Shown here in pieces: positions 1-9,786 of a stretch of 47,122 bases of DNA. Each line of letters begins with the position of its first letter. Position 1 is the stretch's first letter. The DNA comes from Jimgerdemannia flammicorona (Eukaryota): NCBI GenBank assembly GCA_003990765.1, contig RBNJ01000048.1, positions 1-47,122 of the forward strand. The letters run 5' to 3'. Made by a program: the position numbers and the translations under genes. Under the pieces are notes generated by a model. It saw nothing but the letters and a program-made list of their open reading frames with translations, made no database searches and had not been told where the DNA came from.

Positions 1-53
1 GGGCCATGCGGGATTGAACCATACGGAGGTGGAGGTTGGTGGTTCTCGGCCAT
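1..53 (-). CDS. 5' end of a host gene running off the window edge (MAENHQPPPPYGSIPHG...)
   Basis: ATG at 53-51 opens a frame to the window edge, GC-rich and CpG-retaining, with a PPxY motif. A TATATA-like stretch lies at ~134-140. Confidence 0.45.
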   Translation of the reverse strand, partial: MAENHQPPPPYGSIPHG

Positions 54-642
54 TGAAGACGTGAAGTCGCAGCGCGAACTGAGGGGGACAAAAAGCGAAG
101 TTTAATATTTACCGTAGCTACGCGGAGGGTGAGTATATATCGCGAACTCACCTATTGAATGCAATGCAGCAAACCAGAAGTGTTCGTTTTTCTTTGAAAA
201 CCAAGCTCCTGCTCTGCCAAGCTTGTTCGACTGCGGTATATGGTTTGAAGTCCCGTTTGGCTCCTAACGGTCCCCCACGGAAATCAGTTCTTGAGTTCGG
301 TTTGGTGAGAAGGCTTTCTCAATCTTTAGCAACTAATCAGTGTCCCTGACACATAATATTTATGGGTAACTTTTTCTTTGTGAACTTCGCTGCCTTTATT
401 CCTTTATATACTGGCTTAGGTTATGCTAGAACTAACTATATCAGGTAGCTAATGTGTGACTTATCCTGATGTTACTAATAGTGACAGAGCGGACAGTGGG
501 TTCGTGACAGTCATGCCACAAAGAGATTGGTGCCTGATTTAATTACATTTTGGAGATTCAAAACCCCTGTTATTTAGGTTTCAACTCCGCGCTTGTCACA
601 GTCTGGCGCGAAAATTCTTCCATTCACTGAAGATAATTACAC

Positions 643-1161
643 AAATTCCCTCCAAGGATATATACAGCTGGCCACGCGCTCAACATCGCATTAGGCACAG
701 ATATCAACGGGCAATTCACTAAGGATTACAAAGGCACCATCAACGACGCCAACAGGTTCGCCACCGCCCTCAAACATCTATCGCTGTGCCCCTACCCGGA
801 GCAACAGGCCAAGGTCTTCGTAGGCGGAGGCGCCACACGTGAAAGCATCGTCGAGGAGCTGGATGCCGGGTCTTCAGCATCGAAGGAGTGGCGCAGCAGT
901 TTTTTAAGGGGCACCGAATACGCGACGGATCCAAGACCTTCCAATTGCACTGTAGGACAAGCTGCGGGAGATCGAGGGTCAGGTCTTGCCGCTCCTGAGC
1001 GCTTGCTGCGCCGGCGGTGTCATGCCAAAACTCGGCGGGTCCTAATCGGAACGCCTTGCCGCTTAACGACAAACACTCACTAGGTTAATAGATGGAAAAG
1101 GGTTCGCCTATCTGACCGCGGCGCAATCATCGCGTAAGGCCTATACCGGGTTCTTGGTATA
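643..1161 (+). pseudogene. Caspase-family (peptidase C14, metacaspase/orthocaspase-like) pseudogene, frameshifted and cut by the Copia insertion
   Basis: Consecutive segments in different frames give the C14 motifs in order: GHALNIALGTD..GTINDANRFATAL..CPYPEQQAKVFVGGGATRESIVEELD (frame 1), FFKGH (His codon 912-914), VLPLLSACCAGG (Cys codon 1004-1006), then LIDGKGFAYLTAAQSSRKAYTG up to the LTR. Confidence 0.7.
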
Positions 1162-1324
1162 TGTTGAAATATCTTAGTTATAGCAACTCGATATGTGGTG
1201 GCGCAGCCGCAGCCTGACTACGCCATCCTGTAAGCGTCATCAGCACGCGTAAAAGCGCGTAAGCTAGTATCAATAAACAATCGCTGCTTCTCTCCACCTG
1301 TCTTTCCCCAAGTATTCTACAACA
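1162..1324 (+). repeat. Copia-1 5' LTR (163 bp)
   Basis: TGTTG...CAACA termini, an internal AATAAA, and a PBS just downstream. Confidence 0.75.
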
Positions 1325-1328
1325 AAAA

Positions 1329-1340
1329 GGTTATGAGCTC
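1329..1340 (+). promoter_or_regulatory. Copia-1 primer-binding site, copia/Ty5-type (internal initiator-tRNA-Met fragment primer)
   Basis: GGTTATGAGCTC lies 4 nt after the LTR and matches the GGTTATG(G/A)GCCC PBS type of Drosophila copia and yeast Ty5. Confidence 0.7.
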
Positions 1341-3919
1341 CACTAGCAAAAGTGAATAATAACAAAGACAAAGACACCTCTCTAACATATATGCTATACT
1401 ATGCAAAGAAGATGTCAAATCTACTAGATACATCAAACATGAGCCTGCCAAGTAGTATAAGTAGAATGGGACCCAGAATGGGTACCAGCAGCATGAGCAT
1501 GCCGATTATGACAGTCATGACTATGATCATTCCTGCAGTAGCACCAACAACAACAATGGTAAAGAGGATGATTTCTGTCTTTGATAGTAAGAACTACTAT
1601 ACTATATGAATGTACCATATGAAGAATCTCTTGGAAAAATGTGATCTGGAGGACTACTGGAAGCCACAGGTGCAAATAATGTGATATAACACCACAAGGG
1701 ATTGCAGAGCACTAAGGGAGATTATGTTCATCCTTTTGAATATATAAATAAAACTTATCATCAATGCTATAATGATGAACAAAGCCTGGGAGATCTTATG
1801 CAATCACTACCAATAGGCATCCATATCAAACAGATTTTATCTGAAAGCACAAATGTTCAACCTCTGAATGAAGTCCAAGAAGAGTATCTGAGACTATACT
1901 AACCATGTCAATAATCTAATAAATTAAGTGAATTCTCTTTCTATATTAGTAGATCTCATCAAAGATGAAGACAAGGTCCTGGCCCTTATATATAGTCTTC
2001 CCAAGACATACAACATAGTTATCATCACTATGAGAGAATTTGACAAACTATCAGATTATAAGTATATCATTATAAGTCTTTTAAACAAGGAATCAAGACT
2101 GGGTGGCAATAATAATGAAAATGATAAGAAAGAATTCTATAAGTATATAGATGAGGCAAAGGCAAGCTGAATAAAGGACAAGGACAATACCAGTAGTACA
2201 ATGATTAATAAGCCAAATTTGATAATAAATGCTTCTACTATAATAAGTATAGATACTGTAAACAAGACTGTAACTATAAGAAAAAGAAAAAGAGCAGTCA
2301 AGATGAGTAATATAAATAGATAAATATTATAGATAATAACTATAATAAAAGTGATAGAGATAGCTGATGTCTTTTTTTTTTATAAAAGTAACAACTTATC
2401 TATATATAAAGGAAGATATAAAAGTGAATTTGGAAAATACTTTTACACTAATGAAAAATATGCCAACTATCAGTTTTATTAGTTTCAGTATTAGCACCAA
2501 TGTAAGCTATATATCTAGTAATATTAATATATATAGTAAAGAGATCTGACTTATAGATTTCAGTATAATATAATATATAATAATATATTATATATAAGTG
2601 GTTCTCTATATATGAGAAGTTTGAGCATTTTATATCTATTAAACTGGGTGATAATAATGTTATTTATACTCAAGACAAGGGCAATATCAGTATATATCTA
2701 TATAAAAATATTGACAAACCCTCAGACATTTTTGTGGATATATTATATATATTAGATATAGATAAGAACCTTTTCTCAATAGGCCAGATGATAGCTTAAG
2801 GTAATAAAAGAGTAAATATATATCCAAATAATATGATAGTAATTAATCTAAAAAATAATAAGAAGCTAATATATATATCAAAAAGAGGAAACCTATATAC
2901 AATCAATGATATATTAAGTAGCATATCATTTGTATATTCTGCAATAGTGACTGATATCTGGTATATATAGTATGAATACTTAAGATACATCAGTAAGATG
3001 AGCTTAAAATAGATTATAAGAAGTAAATCTGTATAAATATTACTGAACTATATTCTACTGAATTTCAGCTTTTATAATAGATATATAATAAATAGGGCTT
3101 TCCAGTGATCTTTTTAGGAACAGGTAAAATGAGCAGTCAGTATTCTTAATATAATATATATAGATATCTACAGTTTTATACAAACTTTAATATACTTTGA
3201 AAAGAGATACTTTATTATCTTCATTGATGATTATATATACTTATAAAATCTATGTATACTTCCTTAGAGTAAAGAATGAGGCATTCAAAAAATTCTGAGA
3301 TTTCAAGATAACTGTGAAAAATGAAATAAAATATAAGATATAGACTCTATATTTAGATAATAATAAAAAATATATCAATAAATCCTTCAGAGACTTCTTG
3401 AAGAAGTATAGTATCTAATACTCTATAATAGCTCTCTATACACCTAAATAGAATAGTATAGTAGAATGTTTTAACCAAATAATAGTAGAGATAACTCAAA
3501 TGATAATGAATATAACTGGCTTACTGTACTCCTTTTGGGCTAAAGTAGTAAATATAGCAATATATACTCAAAATTATTATATTTCTTGAGCTCTAAGCAA
3601 GAATTCTAGTAGATTCAGCAGATCTGACAATAATTAGCAAACTAGAAATAATAAATTTAGAAATAATAGTAATCTTATCTCTGAAGAATTGTGGAGTAGA
3701 TCTAAGTCTAGCAGTCTCATTTCTTTTTTTACATAGTTTGTGGTTTGGTTTTACTTTGGAACACTATATTCAATTATACAAATTAACTATCTGAAAAGAT
3801 TTTTATCAGAAATCTATAATATCTATATCTATTCTAAGAGTCTTTACTTTTTTTTTTTTTTTTTTTTTTTTTCTACCTTCTGTAGTACTCACTAAATGTG
3901 AGCAATATATATCATTTAG

Positions 3920-4490
3920 TATTATGAAAGAGAGATTGATTTTATTGAAGTTGTGTAGGTTGTATATTTCTCTATATTACTGATGAATAATATAAAGTTG
4001 ATGGAATAGCATAAGGTTATATGCTAGTATATTGAATTGCTATCTCAATACTTCTGCTCAATGAGATATATAACTCCAAAAAAAAAATACAATCTAGAAT
4101 AGAAGTAAACTAGAGTAAACTAAATATGACCAATGAGATACTATCTAGATAACTACAGAAGGTCAAAATTCTCTACTTATAAGCATGGAAATAAATAAAG
4201 AATATAATAAAATACAAGTAATATAGGAATTTTTATGAGTTGAAAAGTGTTCCAAAATATATGAAATATACACCCATAGGTAAAGAATGTGAAGAATATA
4301 ATATATATAATCCTCTTATATGTAGATAAGAGATATATAGATGATACAAAGTCTTTTGATAGTCTGAAAATTGTCCTATAGTTAACTGAATGCTAGTATA
4401 TAGCTCATAAGACTCATCTCTTTAGCACATTGCTTGAACTTTGGCTTTGGAAGAGCTTTGGTTAAGAATATTAACTTTTCTGCTACTATA
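3920..4490 (-). mobile_element. 3' fragment of a Copia-2-family element (RNase H tail, 3' UTR, PPT, 3' LTR 3920-4050)
   Basis: The reverse strand encodes LTKALPKPKFKQCAKEMSL and aligns with ~39720-40235. The LTR aligns with 26321-26447 and is preceded by a purine tract, GAGCAGAAG. Confidence 0.75.
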
Positions 4491-4499
4491 TATATACTT

Positions 4500-6330
4500 T
4501 CTCTACTGACTGTTATTTAGAATAAATTCATCAAAGTAAAGTTCTATACTATAAATACTGCAGAATGGATATTGTGAAACTAGAGATCATTTTCTTTGAT
4601 AAGATAATGCTGAATTGATTTTATAAATACATACATTCAGATAAATATCATAAATATGGACCTTAAATTTTTATTGATTGTTGTAGCTACAGGTTGTCTA
4701 TATATATATATTTCAGAAATCTTATTGTTTGAATAATACAAGACACCTCACTCACAAATTAAATACTTATATCTTTACTTTTTGACTTATTACTTTAAAT
4801 TAATTAATCTCCTTATTGTTATTAGTACCTCACTCAAAATACAGCTGTTTAGCTCTCTGATTGATATTGTTGACAAGACAATCCCATGCTTGCTGATTAA
4901 CTATAAGGTAGTCAGAAAGACCATCAATGTTTTTCAAGAGTTCAACTTCACAGACAATTATAATATAGTATGGCTTAATAATTATGATAAGAGAGTAGAA
5001 CAGCTATGTAAGCTACTAGGGTAGTAGAAAGAGCTGGATATTCTTTATATTATAGATTATGCTGAGCTTAAGAGGTTGTAGGCTAAAGAGAAAGAAAATT
5101 ATAAAACTATTTCAGAAATACTCAAAGATCAAACTGTTCAAGAATAATATAAGTTAATTACTATTGAGTAATTAGTAGAGGATTTAAAAAGAATAGTGAA
5201 CTTATCCAAAGATGCAAGAGACAGTTAGATATAGAAGAAAAAAAAGAAAAGATAGAGAGAGAAAGAGAAAGAGAGAGAAAGAGAAAAAAAGAGGAAAGAG
5301 AGATAAGCAGAGATAGGAAAATAGAAAAAAAAGCTATTTATAAAAGTGAGAATAGAGATAATAAGAGAGCCATATATACAGATAGTTATAATGGTCATAA
5401 TATTTAAGATAAGAACTTCTATATCTAAGAATGAGACTATTACTATAACTAAAGAAATCAAAAGATTAAGAAGAAGAGTATTCTTATCTGATATATAGTA
5501 GTTAAATTAGCATATTTCTTGTTAAACATTTTTGTTAATATTGCTCTCACTTGATCACTATTAAATAGTTATCATTATAGTATAGAGTATATTGCACAAC
5601 TTTGTTAACTATATATGAGATATCTAATTATATACTAAACATAAGATATAAGAGGTTTTTCACTACTTAATAATAGGGAATTTTGTCATTTACCTCTATG
5701 TATCAATTATATTTGATAGTACTTTTATCTTATATTTACTAATTAGGCATTTGTTGATAATAATAAATTATACATTTTTAATAAAAATTTTGAAATATAA
5801 TTATTAAATAGAAGTTTAAGATATAGATAATATTGTCAAATCTCTATTTATTTTTAATAAATATTATATAGAAATAATAGAAAAACAGTAGACAGAAGTA
5901 AATAAATCAACAAACCAGTTATACTATTTAATATTTTAGCTTTACTTATTACTGATATTTTCAAATATCTCATAATTTCAACTTTCTTTACCTTATTTAT
6001 CAGTTTTACTACAATTCTTCTCTCTTTAGACTTCTTTATTATCTTTCTATATATATCAGAGCTTGCTGAAATATAATATAGCACACTAGATCTAGATGTC
6101 TTCTAGGCCAGACTATACTTGCAGCAGCTTGATTCTGTTCTGAGAGATACCCTTGCTTCATACTCCCCCCAATCTACTGATTGAGCACTACTCAAGATCC
6201 ATCACATAAAGATTTTCTAAGACCAGCTAAAATATATCATAATTTCAAAGCTAACAAACAATTTATATGAATATATCCAGAAAATTGGAGCTTGCTGCCT
6301 TTAGCTTTTAGGAGCCAGCAGAGCTCTGCA
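4500..6330. other. Unclassified CpG-depleted repeat-derived DNA with a K/E/R-rich low-complexity tract (~5230-5330)
   Basis: AT-rich, essentially CpG-free and full of stops, with no motif I could recognise. Confidence 0.35.
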
Positions 6331-6741
6331 ACTTGGACCCCTAGGTTTTCCGCATTGGAATACAGTGGACTTCCAGTTCCCTGTAAGACTGGACTTCGTT
6401 ACTGCCTTTGCTGATGGCGTTAACACATCGAAGTTTTCAATCCCTGCGAACGACGATCACTTCGCGAATCTGCCTCGAAATCTTAACTATACTGAGATTG
6501 AGACAAGATATTTGACCCTGCATGTAGTTGTCACAACGGCCTGTCTAAGTGTGCACTATTTATAAAATTTATTTAGTGTGAGGATAGTCCTCGCTCCCTG
6601 GGTTAAATATGGAATTTAATTCAAATATAAATGTTGCGGTATCAAATACTAATCCAATGGTACAACCCACAAGCGCTCCCATAAACGTCACACTCAGTCT
6701 TTTAGTATCCGTTGAACGTCCTAACTTAAGAGAGTGAACAA

Positions 6742-8589
6742 CTATTCAAAATATTTGCGATAGGGATGTTCCCACACCATCTTCATCCCGTCAAACTTGC
6801 CCTTGCTCAACACTTGGCCCTCGACGCGCGCCTGACATTCTGTCTCTCCCGATAATCTGTCCTCTGTCATTATAAACAATGCACGACAATAACCCTCCGC
6901 ACGCAGGTCGGCTTCATACTCTGCATAACAGGCGGCGATTTCTTCAGGGTCATCCATGTAACCCTCTTCTATGTCGCGGTTAGTATACCCGGCAACGCGA
7001 TCCTTGAAGTACTTGTCCGGAATGTAGGGCAGCGGCAACAACACTATCTTCCACTCCCCTCGCAACGAGTCAGTCAGGATTATCTTCCACCGTGCAGCCG
7101 ATCGGTTGGTTGTGTCGGCGCCCACGGCTCTCTTATACAAGGCCAGCATTTGGTTAGCTTTCAGCAGCTCTGGGCCGAACTCGCCATCGTTGGCTGTATT
7201 CATGGCGACCCCGCGGTTGACCAGGAATGGAATAAAATACTCAAACGAGCAACTGCATTCCCAAAATTCTTCCGACGTTTCGCTCTTCCACCCCCGCGTG
7301 AGAGAATCACCAACGCCAAACTGCACAGAGCACAGGCCCGAGTCAAGGAGCAGCCGCGCCTTCGGGGTATTAAAGCCCTCAATGGCAAGGAGCATGACAC
7401 GCCTCCATGAGACGGTGGATGGAGCGTGTTTTAAGACATGACTGTAGAGATTGGGCATGCTCATAGATGCGTAGAGGTAGTCTTCGGTGACGGTGAAGTC
7501 GTCGCCCCAGAGCCAATCCCATAGCTCCTGGTTCTTTCGATCGCGAGGGTCAGATTCATTGATTTCATCCTGAGGAATCCTCCTGGGGTAGATGTACGCC
7601 CTCATGTGATGAATCGACCGCTCCTTTTCGACGCCGTATTCTTCCACGAGCATTTTCATCAACCTGGTTGAGCCGTCCCACTCATGTGCATGCATCCACA
7701 ACTTTTTTGAGTCGATTGTAGGGAATTCTCCGTTTTCACGGTACAAGTCAAGTAGATATCTCGTGGCTTCCAAACTACCATGTTCAATGGCTCGGAAGAC
7801 GAGAAAGTCTCCGTTATAGTCCAGCAATAGCTGTTTGGCAATGTCGCAGGTGACCAGGTACTTGGCAAGATCGCCACAATCGTTGTGTTGCGCAAGCACG
7901 GCGTCAAGGACATTGTGCATGTGGAGGTGTGGATAGTACACACTTGCACCGTAACGGTGTATAAGATCACCAATTATTGCGCGATGGTAGGCGCTCGAAC
8001 GGCAGGCAAAACGTGCGAGAACCCAGCCGTCTGCGTGATCGACAGGCGCCCCTTGATCTATCATGAAGATGGTCTCCAACTCCTTGTACCAGAACGCGAC
8101 GTGCATCAGTACACCGTCACGAAGTTCGAGAAACTTGCGCGGATGCCGAGAGCGGAGCTTCCGGAGGACAGCGAGATCGAAGAAGTCCGGATTATGTGGA
8201 GCAGGGACATTGAGGTACGCGTAGTACTGTGGCTTTGACTGACCGAGCCGGCGTTCTCCGAAGGCATTTTTCCAGGATTCGTCCTTCGGCCTGCCAAGCA
8301 ACCTGAGGTCAAATATCGTCTTAGATTTGAGCACCCGCCTTTTCAGAAGCGGCTGCTGAGCCAGCCATTCAGTTTTTACCCAAGGCGTGTAGGCTAAGTT
8401 AAAGAACTGGCGTGATACGAGGCACCATGTTCGCAAGTCGGATAGGACGATGATTTCTTCGTGAACGGTTATGGGTAGTTGGGTGAAGTGCATTGTGACA
8501 GTGACGGATACGGGAACAAAGAGGTGTTGATCAGAAAGGTCCAGGCGGACGTAACCTTTTGAATAAATAGCCGTCATGCCACCATCCAT
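6742..8589 (-). CDS. F-box-like / degenerate ankyrin-repeat protein (615 aa; possible true start Met at 8493)
   Basis: Long GC-balanced ORF. F-box-like MHFTQLPITVHEEIIVLSDLRTWCLVSRQF and ankyrin-like segments AIEHGSLEATRYLLD, MIDQGAPVD and FLVNRGVAMN. Confidence 0.75.
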   Translation of the reverse strand: MDGGMTAIYSKGYVRLDLSDQHLFVPVSVTVTMHFTQLPITVHEEIIVLSDLRTWCLVSRQFFNLAYTPWVKTEWLAQQPLLKRRVLKSKTIFDLRLLGRPKDESWKNAFGERRLGQSKPQYYAYLNVPAPHNPDFFDLAVLRKLRSRHPRKFLELRDGVLMHVAFWYKELETIFMIDQGAPVDHADGWVLARFACRSSAYHRAIIGDLIHRYGASVYYPHLHMHNVLDAVLAQHNDCGDLAKYLVTCDIAKQLLLDYNGDFLVFRAIEHGSLEATRYLLDLYRENGEFPTIDSKKLWMHAHEWDGSTRLMKMLVEEYGVEKERSIHHMRAYIYPRRIPQDEINESDPRDRKNQELWDWLWGDDFTVTEDYLYASMSMPNLYSHVLKHAPSTVSWRRVMLLAIEGFNTPKARLLLDSGLCSVQFGVGDSLTRGWKSETSEEFWECSCSFEYFIPFLVNRGVAMNTANDGEFGPELLKANQMLALYKRAVGADTTNRSAARWKIILTDSLRGEWKIVLLPLPYIPDKYFKDRVAGYTNRDIEEGYMDDPEEIAACYAEYEADLRAEGYCRALFIMTEDRLSGETECQARVEGQVLSKGKFDGMKMVWEHPYRKYFE

Positions 8590-9786
8590 GTGAACCCCCT
8601 AAAATAGTCGCCCTCTACATTACGAATGTGTAATCTGCTTTACATTTTTCATCCTGCCACTATTTAACGATATCTATTGGAATAGTCTTTATAGGTATTG
8701 CTGTGCATCTTCCATCATATAAGGTAAATTATTGTTGTGCGGGTCTTGACAACGATGACCGCTCAGCTAATTAATTGTCGCTCAGCTGCCTGGCAGTTCA
8801 ACTAATCGACCGATTGTCACCCAACCAGCTCTGTTAATCGCCGATGGACAACCAATCGTTGCCCATTCCAATATTGCCATCCAAGAGTGAGGACGGGGGA
8901 AATCTCAGATTCAGGATTTGGTCCGCTTCGTATTTATTCTGGTATCCCGGTAATCGCCAGATGAGGAAGTGGAACACAACCCCACAATTAAGGTTGGTAT
9001 ACGTTATATTCGGAATGGTCCTAAATATCGTGGCTACTGGAATTAACGCGTTGGGAATAAAACTCCACCACCTTGTTCGTTGGGTCCGTCTCCTCTGCGA
9101 AAGATTGACCAGCACATACTCTTGAAACATACACATAGCTCAGGATGGTTCGTGGCATTTTGTTATATTGAAGCAATAACGTATATACGCCACATTCAGG
9201 ATGGTATATCATGCACGTGTATTGGATCTTTTTGCCCGACATCACATGCCAATTCCAATACTGGGCCAAGTGTAATGCCTGGGCGTAAAATTACCCCCAG
9301 GGGCTTTTTCCTTACGCCTTCGCTTACATTTCCCATTTTACATATTGCAATTGTATGTACGGGTCGGGTTTCGCCTGTTTTCTACCAAAGTACGAACAAT
9401 CTGGTTAATTGGGTGGAGGTGTTTCAGCCTTTCATGCATCGGATTTTCCAAGTTGATTACAACAAAACAAGCGTGACCTGGGAGAGCAAAAATCCGGAAT
9501 CCGGGCAAGTTAGATGCATCGGCTGACCAATGTGAGTTTATATCAAAATTTGGTCTCATAGTTGTATATACATTAGACACAAAGAGTAAAGTTTTTTAAG
9601 GAAAAGAGCTATTACTGGGAATGACGACTTGCTGATTTGGAAACAAAGCACTGGAAGTCAAATTATTCCCCTCGGGCACGACGGATATTCATGTCACACA
9701 ATAGACACTCGACCTTTGTCTACACAATCATTAGGCTTATAACCAACGCTTTTTAACCCACGACATATACTTCCTAAGAGCTTTCT

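Larger units (their letters stand above)
1162..3710 (+). mobile_element. Copia-1: 3'-truncated, degenerate Ty1/copia retrotransposon (5' LTR, PBS, gag, protease, integrase part)
   Basis: LTR and PBS at the left end. Gag remnant DEDKVLALIYSLPKTYNIV, protease-like LIDFS at ~2550, integrase remnants (FIIFIDDY, YTPK*NSIVECFNQ, FWAKVVN). Many stop codons. No 3' LTR found, so the right boundary is approximate. Confidence 0.8.

Noticed and set aside
770-1072. 100-aa minus-strand ORF
   Set aside because: Antisense shadow of the plus-strand caspase-like pseudogene, with no motif of its own.
7106-8312. Several short ORFs overlapping the 615-aa gene
   Set aside because: Alternative-frame or antisense shadows of a GC-balanced CDS.
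8834-9580. Overlapping 80-148 aa ORFs between the two host genes
   Set aside because: No recognisable motifs and mutually overlapping on both strands; more likely promoter or intergenic DNA.
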